DNA from: Hyphomonas sp.
Lineage (GTDB): Bacteria > Pseudomonadota > Alphaproteobacteria > Caulobacterales > Hyphomonadaceae
Length of the DNA: 64,000 bases
NCBI RefSeq assembly: GCF_013823385.1
Contig: NZ_PNMA01000001.1
Span: 288,135 to 352,134 of the forward strand
Reading direction: 5' to 3'
Positions 9,719-18,904 of the stretch are shown piece by piece. A model generated the notes under the pieces. That model saw only the letters and a list, made by a program, of their open reading frames with translations. It was not told the origin of the DNA and made no database searches. Position 1 is the stretch's first letter. Each line of letters begins with the position of its first letter. The translations under genes and the position numbers were made by a program.

Positions 9719-10203
9719 GGTCTTTTACCAAGGCTGAATTCCGCGCTGGCGTCCATGCTGCCATCTGCATTCTGTTTGAGAGTGGCGGCGCTGACCGTCA
9801 CGCCGAGGCCTGTTTCAACCTGTTCTACCCATTGAAAGAAGACCGGGCTGGTTGTGCCCGTGAGCTTCACCTGGAATGACGACTGGCTGGCTGGGGGTGT
9901 TTCCACGGAAAGCCCGGCCTGGCGGGCCATCTGGGCTGCTTGTGTCTGCAGCGCGGCCGCGTCCTGGGTCGCCGGAGCTGCAATCGCGGGATGTAGGGTC
10001 TGACCCTGCTGGATCAGCGCTTCTATCCGGTCGAGGCGCGCAAGGGTCTGCGTGCCCTTTTCGTGATTGAGTTTTGCGCGGTCCAGCGTGTGGATTGCGG
10101 GCTGCAACACGAGTTGCCAGATGGCCGCAACAGCAAGCAGCAGGCCGGCAATCCCGAGCAGGGCCTTCTCGCGGGGGCTGCGCGTGTTCCACCAGGCGTT
10201 CAT
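9715..10203 (-). CDS. gspM: Type II secretion system protein M
   Basis: WWNTRSPREKALL followed by a TM segment is typical of GspM. Position after gspL. Confidence 0.85.
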   Translation of the reverse strand: MNAWWNTRSPREKALLGIAGLLLAVAAIWQLVLQPAIHTLDRAKLNHEKGTQTLARLDRIEALIQQGQTLHPAIAAPATQDAAALQTQAAQMARQAGLSVETPPASQSSFQVKLTGTTSPVFFQWVEQVETGLGVTVSAATLKQNADGSMDASAEFSLGKRP

Positions 10204-11306
10204 GGCATCAGCTCCAGAGTAATCCGAATTGAAGCGGCGCCGGAACTTTGTTCCAGAGCATTGGACGAGACCTGGAAGCCACGTCTTTGCAGGAAAGTTG
10301 CCACGCCGTCGACCGTCTCCGGGGATGGCGCCTGAACGTCAACCACAAGGCGGCCGGCGCTACCGTCGAATGTCAGTGCAGAAATGTGTGTATCCGGATT
10401 AAGCGCGATTGCCTCATAGAGGGCAGCAACGGATGTGCGGAAGTCCAGCTTGCCGGGTAGTGCGGCGACGGCCAGCATGTCACGGGTCGCCCTGTCGATA
10501 TCTGCCGGAATGGCGGCGGCTGGGAAGAGGGCCGCATAGCGCTCCGCCGCGCGTCTGCTGAGTTGTTCGGCCGCGTAATTATAGTTCCGGGCTTCGAGGA
10601 TCTGGGTGCCTGTCCAGACCGACACGGCAGCGATGCCGATCCCGGCGGCCTTGCGCCAGGCGCTGACGCCCTGTTTCTTCTCTCTTGGCGGGGCAAACGG
10701 CCCGGTGCGCAGGTTCACGCCTGGATGCGTGGCGCTGCGCTCCGCCAGCCGGATGATCTGGATGCCGTCCTGAAGGCTTGGGACTGTGGCCGCGCCAGCC
10801 AGGGCTTCTCGGGCCTGATCTGGAAGTCCGGCATCAATTCCGATGATACGGTTTCCTTCCCGCTGGAGGATGTGGCCCCCCAGATCTACCGGGTGCATAA
10901 TATCGGTATACAGACTTTGCTCGGGCAGGAGCTTGACCGGGGATAGCCCTGCCTTTGACAGAAGCTCCAGCCAGGACTTCATCAGCGTGCGATCAACAAC
11001 ATAAATGTCGCGCTCCACGGACTCCTTGAGCCTTGGCCCCAGGACAAGATGAACATCTTCCACCGGTTGGGCGAGTTCGTCTTCGATGGCATAGAGCGCG
11101 GCGCGCGCCGCTTCGGCTTCGTTGCGGGCGGGGACAGGGGCGCGGAAATGGCCCACGGCCGTGGCGGGTGCAAAGGCAAGGCAATCGGCGGCGCCGAAGG
11201 GGCCGCGGTGATTGACAATTTCAAGGCGGCCGCCCCGCTCCTGCGCAATCTGCAGGGCGCCATCAGGCTGTGGGGGAAGCGCGATGTAAATAATGGTTTT
11301 CATCAT
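10200..11306 (-). CDS. gspL: Type II secretion system protein L
   Basis: Cytoplasmic domain (ALYAIEDELAQPVEDVH), TM, and periplasmic domain. ATG 11306 overlaps the gspK stop. Confidence 0.85.
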   Translation of the reverse strand: MMKTIIYIALPPQPDGALQIAQERGGRLEIVNHRGPFGAADCLAFAPATAVGHFRAPVPARNEAEAARAALYAIEDELAQPVEDVHLVLGPRLKESVERDIYVVDRTLMKSWLELLSKAGLSPVKLLPEQSLYTDIMHPVDLGGHILQREGNRIIGIDAGLPDQAREALAGAATVPSLQDGIQIIRLAERSATHPGVNLRTGPFAPPREKKQGVSAWRKAAGIGIAAVSVWTGTQILEARNYNYAAEQLSRRAAERYAALFPAAAIPADIDRATRDMLAVAALPGKLDFRTSVAALYEAIALNPDTHISALTFDGSAGRLVVDVQAPSPETVDGVATFLQRRGFQVSSNALEQSSGAASIRITLELMP

Positions 11307-12274
11307 TCTTCTCCCATCCGGCGCCATATGGTTTGGGGCGCGGCGCCACTTTTGGCCGAAATGATGAAGGAGAATGGCCAGCTGCCGCCGTCAAGGGTTG
11401 TTTGCCCTTCGGCGAGATAGGTTGTGCTGAGTGTTGACAGGGCTTCGGTCCGTTTCTGGCCTTCGGGAATGGTGCGGATGTCGGGCAGCGCCTCAAACTC
11501 ATCAACGCTCGACCAGCCTGTATCCGGGCGATTGAGAAGGAGTCTCTCGGCCGCAGCCAGAGTAAGGGCTTCGGAATATGTGGCGCGCAGGAGGGCGGCC
11601 TGATCCGGGCGCAGCGTGTTGATATTGAGGCGGGTCATCTGAGGCTCCGGCCGTGCGCAGATCAGGGGCGCGAGGGCCTTCCGAAGGGGCGGTGTATAGC
11701 CCATCACAGAAGCCAGTTCGCTGGGGCTGTCCATGGGCTGGTTGGCAGCGCGGTAGCCGGGGCTGAGCGTGAGGTAGTAGCCATCTTCCGCGCCACCCTG
11801 CCGGGTGTTGCTGTCCGCGTCCAGCCAGTCTGCCAGCGCATTGGCAAGGTTGCTGGCATCCGTTGCGGGTATGTCGAGGTCGCGCAGAAGGGTGGCCCAT
11901 GACAGGCGGGCATAGGTGGCGGCGCCTTCGTCCGGATTGGCGAGCGCATTGATGTTGAAGCAATTGGACGCATCGCTGACCTGGAGCGAGACAACGCCCC
12001 CCCTTAGGGGCAGAACAACCGGCTGAGAGAGGCCTACGGTCAGCGGTGTCAGCTGGCCGCTGGTAAGGTTGGACATCTCTGCCACGGCGCTGAGCGCCAG
12101 CGCTTCTGCAGAATAGGCGGCCCAGCCCGCATCGGCGCGGCGGGAGGCTGCCTTCGCCATCGTCGTTTGCTGGGTGATGGCCATCGTCGCCATGAGCGCG
12201 GCAACAGCAAGCGCCGCCACGATGAAGAGGATCGACAGCAGGGCTGCGCCGCGTTGGGGATCGGGCCGGATCAT
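11303..12274 (-). CDS. gspK: T2SS minor pseudopilin K
   Basis: QRGAALLSILF leader, DASNCFNIN, ADWLDAD, and RLNINT. Confidence 0.92.
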   Translation of the reverse strand: MIRPDPQRGAALLSILFIVAALAVAALMATMAITQQTTMAKAASRRADAGWAAYSAEALALSAVAEMSNLTSGQLTPLTVGLSQPVVLPLRGGVVSLQVSDASNCFNINALANPDEGAATYARLSWATLLRDLDIPATDASNLANALADWLDADSNTRQGGAEDGYYLTLSPGYRAANQPMDSPSELASVMGYTPPLRKALAPLICARPEPQMTRLNINTLRPDQAALLRATYSEALTLAAAERLLLNRPDTGWSSVDEFEALPDIRTIPEGQKRTEALSTLSTTYLAEGQTTLDGGSWPFSFIISAKSGAAPQTIWRRMGEE

Positions 12275-12891
12275 TCGCGCAGCCCAATGCGGAACTTTGC
12301 CGTCAGTGTGTCGTCTTCGCCGAAGGTGAAAACCATCTCGATCTTGTCCGGGAAGGGGGCGCCTGCCGGACTCGCCGGGACGATCCACTCAGGCTTCCAG
12401 CTCTGCTCGCGGCCATACTGGACGGAGATGTTTTCAAGCCCGGAAAGAAGGAGCTGCTCTGCGACGGCGGTGCTGGGGCCTGCGTCAGGCGAACTCCAGG
12501 ACCTGCGGATAAGGACGCCGTTGTCGAAACGGTATTCCACTCGTTGGAGATCGCCGCGGGGCTGGTCTGCGGGGTTTGACCAGCCATTGCGGACGAAGGT
12601 CACGATGCGTCCGTCAAACCGGATCGGCTGGCCTTCAAAACGGGCAGGCAGATCCGAACTTGCGTCGGCGCGGCTGGGGCGGTCCACGAAGGCCGCAAAA
12701 TCATCCCGCAGAACGGCAAGGGCTGTCTGCAGTTCGCGGGCATGATCGCCGCGATCCTCAATCAGCCGCGTCCCGCGCAGGGATTGGGTCAGCATTACGC
12801 CGCCGGCCGTCGCCAGAAGGGCAACGACGAACAGGGCGATCAACGTTTCCATTAGCGAGATGCCCGATTGGGCGCTGGCGGGGGCCTTCAT
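12271..12891 (-). CDS. gspJ: T2SS minor pseudopilin J
   Basis: SG-ISLMETLIAL prepilin site and GWSNP...RGDLQRVEYR. Confidence 0.9.
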   Translation of the reverse strand: MKAPASAQSGISLMETLIALFVVALLATAGGVMLTQSLRGTRLIEDRGDHARELQTALAVLRDDFAAFVDRPSRADASSDLPARFEGQPIRFDGRIVTFVRNGWSNPADQPRGDLQRVEYRFDNGVLIRRSWSSPDAGPSTAVAEQLLLSGLENISVQYGREQSWKPEWIVPASPAGAPFPDKIEMVFTFGEDDTLTAKFRIGLRE

Positions 12892-13262
12892 GTGTCCCCC
12901 TTGATGCGGTGGAGAAGCGTTACCTCGCTGAGCACGGCCTCTTCGCCGGCGGCGCGGACACGGATGGTGACTTCCACAAGATCGTCGCGGGGGGCGGGGG
13001 TGATGTCCCGCTCCCAGGCAAAGCTGCGGCGGCGCTGTCTCTCTTCACCAATTGATCGGCCGATGACCTGCAATTGCGGATTTGTGACCGTCTCCACGGC
13101 GACATTCTCGGCCACCTGGCGGGCAAGGGCGCGGTCTCCCATCTGGGCGCTGATACGGATGCTGTTGGTGTTGAGCGAGATGAGCCCCATTGCCGCAGTC
13201 GCAAACACCGCGACGGCAACGAGCGCTTCCATCAGCGTGAAGCCCTGCTGGTTGCTCATCAC
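12888..13262 (-). CDS. gspI: T2SS minor pseudopilin I
   Basis: QG-FTLMEALVAVAV prepilin motif. Confidence 0.9.
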   Translation of the reverse strand: MMSNQQGFTLMEALVAVAVFATAAMGLISLNTNSIRISAQMGDRALARQVAENVAVETVTNPQLQVIGRSIGEERQRRRSFAWERDITPAPRDDLVEVTIRVRAAGEEAVLSEVTLLHRIKGDT

Positions 13263-13765
13263 CGCATCTCCGTCTGAACGCTGCCGTCCGGTAGCAGGGT
13301 GAGGCTTGTGAGGACGCCGTTGCGCGAGAGTTCCAGGGCGACCGGCAGGGTATGGCCCAGGGGATCAAAGATGACGGCCGGGGCCGGGTCTTCGCCCTTC
13401 TCAAGCACTGCTGGGGGTTTGCCGTTTATGCGGATGGCGATGTCCTTGGGGAGTGGATGGCTTTCCATCAGGCGCCAGGTGCCGTTCTGCCAGATGGCGG
13501 GGGCGTAGCTGTGGCCTTCGACAACAAGCCCCACGGGCTGGCCGGTGACCATTGCGCGATTGGCAGCCTGCTCAAGCGTTTCGCGGAGCCGGTCGGATTC
13601 CTGCTTGTAGGCATGCCGGGTCGGAATGGTGAGCAGGATCAGCGTGGTGGCGACAGCGATGATGGAGAGGGTGACCATGATCTCCACCAGCGACAATCCC
13701 GCCTGAGGGGCGCCCGCAGGCGTCCTCAGGGGCTGAGTGGCCGAAGGAGAAGCTTCACGGCACAC
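13259..13765 (-). CDS. gspH: T2SS minor pseudopilin H (start uncertain)
   Basis: AG-LSLVEIMVTLSII prepilin motif. Nearest canonical start is GTG 13765; see findings. Confidence 0.8.
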   Translation of the reverse strand: MCREASPSATQPLRTPAGAPQAGLSLVEIMVTLSIIAVATTLILLTIPTRHAYKQESDRLRETLEQAANRAMVTGQPVGLVVEGHSYAPAIWQNGTWRLMESHPLPKDIAIRINGKPPAVLEKGEDPAPAVIFDPLGHTLPVALELSRNGVLTSLTLLPDGSVQTEMR

Positions 13766-13775
13766 GGGCGCAGCG

Positions 13776-14234
13776 TCAGTCCCAGTTGCCGATGTCAGCG
13801 TCGTTGCCTTCTCCACCGGGTTTGCCGTCAGCACCGAAGGAGTAGACATCAAACCGGCCACCGGAACGCACACCAGGGAATGCGTACTGATAGGGATTGC
13901 CCCAGGGATCGTTCTGGACGCGGCGGATATAGCCGCCGGGGCGGTAGAGCGTGGTGTCGATGCCGGGGGGCGGGCTGGAAAGGGCGGCCAGGCCCTGATC
14001 GGTGGAGGGATAGGTGTAGAGGTCGAGGCTGTACTGCTCGAGGGCGTTCTCGAGGTTTGAGATGTCAGCCTTGGCTTTGGTGACGCGCGTGCGGTCTCCG
14101 ACCGGGGCGACGTTGACGATGATCAGCGTTGCCAGAAGGCCCATGATGAAAACCACGACCATGAGTTCGACCAGCGAAAAGCCCGCCTGACGGCGGCGCT
14201 TTTCTGCTGTGTTTGCTTCAGTTTCAGGCGTCAT
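13776..14234 (-). CDS. gspG: T2SS major pseudopilin G
   Basis: AG-FSLVELMVV, YPSTDQGLAAL, DPWGNPYQY, and GADGKPGGEGNDADIGNW. Confidence 0.96.
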   Translation of the reverse strand: MTPETEANTAEKRRRQAGFSLVELMVVVFIMGLLATLIIVNVAPVGDRTRVTKAKADISNLENALEQYSLDLYTYPSTDQGLAALSSPPPGIDTTLYRPGGYIRRVQNDPWGNPYQYAFPGVRSGGRFDVYSFGADGKPGGEGNDADIGNWD

Positions 14235-14246
14235 GAGGGCGCTCCT

Positions 14247-15458
14247 TTATCCGAGGGCGAGAGTGTTGAGCTGCATGATGGGCAGCATGATCGAGAGGAC
14301 GATGGTGCCGACAACGCCGCCCAGGAAGATGATAATCAGCGGTTCGAGCAGGCCGAGGGCAACATTGGTGGCGGTTTCAAATTCGTCTTCCAGAAAATCG
14401 GCAGCGCGGTTCATCATGGCGGGGACGTTGCGGGCTGCTTCGCCGCTGGCGACCATGTGGACCATCATCTGGGGGAAGACCCCGCTGGATTTCATGGCCG
14501 AAGAAAGGGCGCCGCCGCGCTGGACGGTTTCGAGGATCTGATCGGCTGCATCCCGAAACACCATATTTCCCATGGCGTTACGCGCGCCTGACAGGCTTTC
14601 GAGGACGGTGGCGCCGGCGCCGGACATGGTGGCGTGGATGCGGGCAAAGCGGGCCGAGGCGACCTTGCGGTTCATGTCGCCGAAAAAGGGGATGCGCAGG
14701 GCGAAGGCGTCCCAGCGGCGTTTCCAGGCCGGAATCTTCAGGACTCGCAGGGCCAGGAACACGCCAGCAACGGCCACAACCAGGACAACCAGACCCCAAT
14801 CGCGGACAAATCCGGACAAACCGATGACAAATCTGGTCAGCGGCGGCAATTCCGAGGCCCCGAGCATGGCAAACTGCTCAACGAGCTTGGGCACCACCCA
14901 GACCATGAGGGCCGTCACCATGGCGGTCGCCATGATGCCGAGGATGATCGGATAGATCAGCGCCGAGCGAACGAGGGTGCGCAGCCGGTAGCTGCGCTCC
15001 AGATGGTGGGCGAGCTGATCGAGGACGAGGCCAAGGCGGCCGGAGCTTTCGCCGGACGAGACTACCGCCCGGAAGAGCGGCGGGAAAGCGCGCGGGGCGC
15101 CCCGCATGGCTTCGGCCAGGGTGGCGCCTTCCATGACCTGGGAGCGTACACCGAGGAGCAGGCCCCGCTGGGGCGAGGCGTCGCTGTCACCCGCCGCAGC
15201 GGTCAGCGCCTGTTCGACCGTCATGCCGGAGGACACCAGCACGGCGAGCTGCCGGGTGAGGAGGGTGCGTTCCTTGTCGCTGAGGCGGCCGGTGCCGCCG
15301 AAGCCAAGGGCCTTTTCTCCACGCGCTTCGGTGAGGGAGACGGGTGTCAGCTGGCGGTCGCGCAGCTCGCGGCGGGCTGCGCGGGCGGTATCGGCCGAGA
15401 TGACGCCGCTGGTGCGCCGCCCGTCGGCTGTCAGAGCCTTGTATTCAAACGCTGCCAC
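14247..15458 (-). CDS. gspF: T2SS inner membrane platform protein F
   Basis: AFEYKAL, TRQLAVLVSSG, ALIYPIIL, and LLEPLII. Confidence 0.95.
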   Translation of the reverse strand: MAAFEYKALTADGRRTSGVISADTARAARRELRDRQLTPVSLTEARGEKALGFGGTGRLSDKERTLLTRQLAVLVSSGMTVEQALTAAAGDSDASPQRGLLLGVRSQVMEGATLAEAMRGAPRAFPPLFRAVVSSGESSGRLGLVLDQLAHHLERSYRLRTLVRSALIYPIILGIMATAMVTALMVWVVPKLVEQFAMLGASELPPLTRFVIGLSGFVRDWGLVVLVVAVAGVFLALRVLKIPAWKRRWDAFALRIPFFGDMNRKVASARFARIHATMSGAGATVLESLSGARNAMGNMVFRDAADQILETVQRGGALSSAMKSSGVFPQMMVHMVASGEAARNVPAMMNRAADFLEDEFETATNVALGLLEPLIIIFLGGVVGTIVLSIMLPIMQLNTLALG

Positions 15459-16935
15459 CGAACCAGGCCTCCCGGCGGCAGACGTGGAGCAGTTCCTCGG
15501 CGCTCGAGTCGCCGCTCAGCACATGCCGCAAACCGTTCTGGAACAGCATATCAGATTTCGCGAAAGCTGTGCGCTCAATCTCTTCTTCGGTGGCGCCGTC
15601 ATGGATCATGCGGCGGATGGGCCCGTCGATCAGCAGCAGCTCGTAGACGCCCAGCCGGCCTTCATAGCCAGTTTGGCCGCAGGCGGCGCAGCCGGTGGGC
15701 CGGTAGAGGGTGAGATCGGTTCTGCCAGCAAGGCCAAGGCGCTCCAGCAGGGCAGGCGGCGGCGAATAGGCTTCCTTGCAATGGACGCAGAGTTTCCGGA
15801 TCAGACGCTGGGCCAGAACGGCGCGCAGCGTGGAGGCGAGCAGGAAGCTCTCCACACCCATATCCCGAAGGCGGGTGATGGCACCGGCAGAGCTGTTGGT
15901 GTGGATGGTGGAGAGGGCGAGGCGGCCTGTGAGCGCAAATTCCAGTGCGACTTCGGCCGTTTCCACATCCCGGATCTCGCCGACCATGACGATATTCGGA
16001 TCGTTCCGGAGGATCGAGCGCAGGGTGGCGGCAAAGGTGAGGCCAACCTTGTGGTCCATCGGCGTCTGGCTGATGCCGTCGAGACCATATTCCACCGGGT
16101 CTTCCAGCGTCATGATGTTGACGCGGCCGGTGTTGAGCTGGGCGAGGGCAGAATAGAGCGTGGTGGTCTTGCCCGAGCCCGTCGGGCCGGTGACGAGGAT
16201 CACGCCATTGGGCTCGCTGAGGGCGGCGCGGAAGCGGCGCTCTGTGTCTTCGTCCATGCCGAGGGTTTCAAGGCCCATGAGCGCCTGACGCGTATCCAGC
16301 AGGCGCAGGGCCACGCGTTCGCCGTAGCGGGTGGGCAGTGTGGCCACGCGAACATCCAGCGCGCGCCCGCCGAGCGTCAGCGAGATGCGCCCATCCTGGG
16401 GCATGCGCTTTTCGGCAATGTCGAGCCGGCTCATGACCTTGATACGCGAGACGAGGGGGGCTGACACGCGGCGGGACGCCGTGAAGACTTCCTGCAGCTC
16501 GCCATCGATCCGGTAGCGGACCGAGAGCTTGTCCTCGAAAGGATCGATGTGGATGTCGGACGCGCGGCGGCGGATGGCATCCTGCAGCAGCCCGTTGATC
16601 AGGCTGATGATCGGGGCATCAGTGTCACCCGCGAGCAGGTCTTCCGTTTGCGGAAGGCCATCGAACAGGCTTTCAAGATCACCGCCGGTGCCGGCAGCGG
16701 CCTCGGCGGCGCTGCCGTCGAGGCGCGACTGGCCGAAGCTTTCCGAGAGCTGGCGCTCATACTGGCTGGCATTCATCGCTTCCAGATGCACCGGCAGGCC
16801 GGCAACGCGGCGGGCTTCAACCAGGGCGACGGGATCAGCGCCTTCGCGGACCGCGAACGTCAATTCTGCGCGGCCGGGAACGACGACAATCCCCTTGTCG
16901 CGGGCAAATGCATAAGTGACCTGGGCGCGCGTCAT
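15445..16935 (-). CDS. gspE: T2SS ATPase E
   Basis: ASDIHID, DIAEKRMPQDG, GPTGSGKTT, and LRNDPNIVMVGEIRD. Start placed just after the gspD stop. Confidence 0.95.
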   Translation of the reverse strand: MTRAQVTYAFARDKGIVVVPGRAELTFAVREGADPVALVEARRVAGLPVHLEAMNASQYERQLSESFGQSRLDGSAAEAAAGTGGDLESLFDGLPQTEDLLAGDTDAPIISLINGLLQDAIRRRASDIHIDPFEDKLSVRYRIDGELQEVFTASRRVSAPLVSRIKVMSRLDIAEKRMPQDGRISLTLGGRALDVRVATLPTRYGERVALRLLDTRQALMGLETLGMDEDTERRFRAALSEPNGVILVTGPTGSGKTTTLYSALAQLNTGRVNIMTLEDPVEYGLDGISQTPMDHKVGLTFAATLRSILRNDPNIVMVGEIRDVETAEVALEFALTGRLALSTIHTNSSAGAITRLRDMGVESFLLASTLRAVLAQRLIRKLCVHCKEAYSPPPALLERLGLAGRTDLTLYRPTGCAACGQTGYEGRLGVYELLLIDGPIRRMIHDGATEEEIERTAFAKSDMLFQNGLRHVLSGDSSAEELLHVCRREAWFGGSV

Positions 16936-16942
16936 GAGACAA

Positions 16943-18904
16943 TTATCGCGGAGGCTGGACCGCTTGGGAAGCCGGGCCGCCTGTTCCGAGAACCTCGCGG
17001 ACAAACTGGTCGACCGTACCGCCGGGTGTCTTGTCCCGCATCAGTTCCTCTGCCTGAACGTAGAGGTATTTCTGCTGGGTGACCGCCTGGGCGTCGGCCT
17101 TGCTGCGGACGATGGTGGGGCGGATGAAGACCATGAGATTGCGGCGCGTGGCGGCCTTGCCTTCGGACCGGAAGAGACGGCCGACGCCGGGAATGTCTCC
17201 CAGCACGGGGACCTTGGTGTCGCGCAGCGTGTCTGTCTGTTCGACGAGACCGCCCAGGACAATGATCTCGCCGTCATCTGCCAGGACGCTGGCGCGGATT
17301 TCGCGTTTGTCGAGGATCAGGTCGGGCGTCACCGTGCCGACGCTGCCGAACACGCTGGAGACTTCCTGGCGGATGTCGAGGCGGACGGTGTCGTTCTCGC
17401 CGATACGGGGGGTGACTTCGAGCTGGATACCGATGTCCTTGCGCTCGACTGTGCGGAAGGGGTTGGAATTTGCGTCCCCCAGAACCTGGCCTGTGGTGAC
17501 CGGAATTTCCTGGCCAACGATGAGCGCGGAGGTCGCGTTGTTCAGCGTCATGCCGAAGGGGGTCGACAGGATGCGCGAAGATGTATCGTCCTGAACGGCA
17601 TTGAGGATGACGCCGAAGAGATTGTCGCCGGATGTGCCGCCGAAACCGAGGGTGAGGCCTGAGGAACCCGTCAGTGAGCTGATGGCCGCATCCCGGAAGG
17701 GGTTGGTGGCCGCAGGATCGGAGAAGGCGTCCGTGACGAGCGCGCCCGTCAGGGCAAGGAGATTTGGCGCCGCGCGCGAGAAGTTGGTCGAGGCAAAGGG
17801 AACTTCGCCGCCCGTGCCGGAAAGCAGGAATTGCAGGCCAAGCTCGCGCGCCGCATCATCCGACATCTCCACGATGATGGCCTCGACCATCACCTGCGGC
17901 CGACGGACATCTAGCGCCGTGACCACGCGCTCCATGGCGAGGATGGTTTCAGGATTTGCGCTGATGACGATGGAGTTGGTGGGCCCGTGATGGGCGATCG
18001 TCTGGGAGACGGGCGCGGTCTCTGCCGGCGATCGCTGCATGGCCATGCTGTTGGCCACGCGCTCGAGGATCGGAACGACTTCTGCGGCGTCGGCATAGTT
18101 CAGCGTGATGACACGGACATGATCGCGCTGGGGGTTGGTGGCGTCGAGTTCGAGCGCGACGCGTTTGGCGCGGTCAACTGAGGTGGCGTCGCCCCGCAGG
18201 ATAATGGAGTTGCTGGTGAGGGAGGCAACGGCAGAGAGGCGATTGATGGTCTGGCCGCCCTGGCCGCCGGCGTCACCCTGAAGCCGTGTAAGGACGGTTT
18301 CTATTTCTGCGGCCGGAACGTTCGCCAACGGAATTGTTTCCGTCACGGTCTGATCGCGGTCCACGGTTTCAATGATGCGGCGGACGCGCTCGAGATTGGA
18401 CGCATAGTCGACAACGACCAGCGTGTTGGTGGCCGCATTGGCGACAACCTGACCCTGCGAGTCGAGCAGGGGCTTGATCATCTGCGCGGTTTCCATCGCA
18501 TTCGCGCGGTTAAGCTTGATGACTTCGGTGATGAACGCGTTGGCACCGGGGCCCGACATCGGCGCTTCGGTGGACGCGATGGCGCGGGGCACGATGCGGT
18601 AAGTGTCCTTGCCGGCGGGAACGGCAGCGAAGCCCTGAATGCGCAGCGTCGTCAGGAATACCTGGAAGAGTTCCTGGGTCGACATCGGCGTTTGCGAGAC
18701 GACCGATACGCGCGCCTTGCGGACATCCGGGTGCGTGACGAATGTGTATCCCGTCAGCATGGAGATGTCTTCGATCAGCGTGTTCAACTCGACATCTTCA
18801 AGGTTCAGGACGTGCTTGTCCTGAGACGGCGCAGGCGCCTGGGCGGCCGCGAACTGTGTGGCGGTGAGCGCAGCCGCAGCCGCGAGCAATATACGTTTGG
18901 TCAT
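16943..18904 (-). CDS. gspD: T2SS secretin D
   Basis: Signal peptide, N-domains, LDVRRPQVMVEAIIVE, and KVPVLGDIPGVGRLFRS. Confidence 0.95.
   Translation of the reverse strand: MTKRILLAAAAALTATQFAAAQAPAPSQDKHVLNLEDVELNTLIEDISMLTGYTFVTHPDVRKARVSVVSQTPMSTQELFQVFLTTLRIQGFAAVPAGKDTYRIVPRAIASTEAPMSGPGANAFITEVIKLNRANAMETAQMIKPLLDSQGQVVANAATNTLVVVDYASNLERVRRIIETVDRDQTVTETIPLANVPAAEIETVLTRLQGDAGGQGGQTINRLSAVASLTSNSIILRGDATSVDRAKRVALELDATNPQRDHVRVITLNYADAAEVVPILERVANSMAMQRSPAETAPVSQTIAHHGPTNSIVISANPETILAMERVVTALDVRRPQVMVEAIIVEMSDDAARELGLQFLLSGTGGEVPFASTNFSRAAPNLLALTGALVTDAFSDPAATNPFRDAAISSLTGSSGLTLGFGGTSGDNLFGVILNAVQDDTSSRILSTPFGMTLNNATSALIVGQEIPVTTGQVLGDANSNPFRTVERKDIGIQLEVTPRIGENDTVRLDIRQEVSSVFGSVGTVTPDLILDKREIRASVLADDGEIIVLGGLVEQTDTLRDTKVPVLGDIPGVGRLFRSEGKAATRRNLMVFIRPTIVRSKADAQAVTQQKYLYVQAEELMRDKTPGGTVDQFVREVLGTGGPASQAVQPPR

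Noticed and set aside
15106-16464. Long plus-strand ORFs across gspE/gspF
   Set aside because: Antisense shadows with no RBS or motifs.
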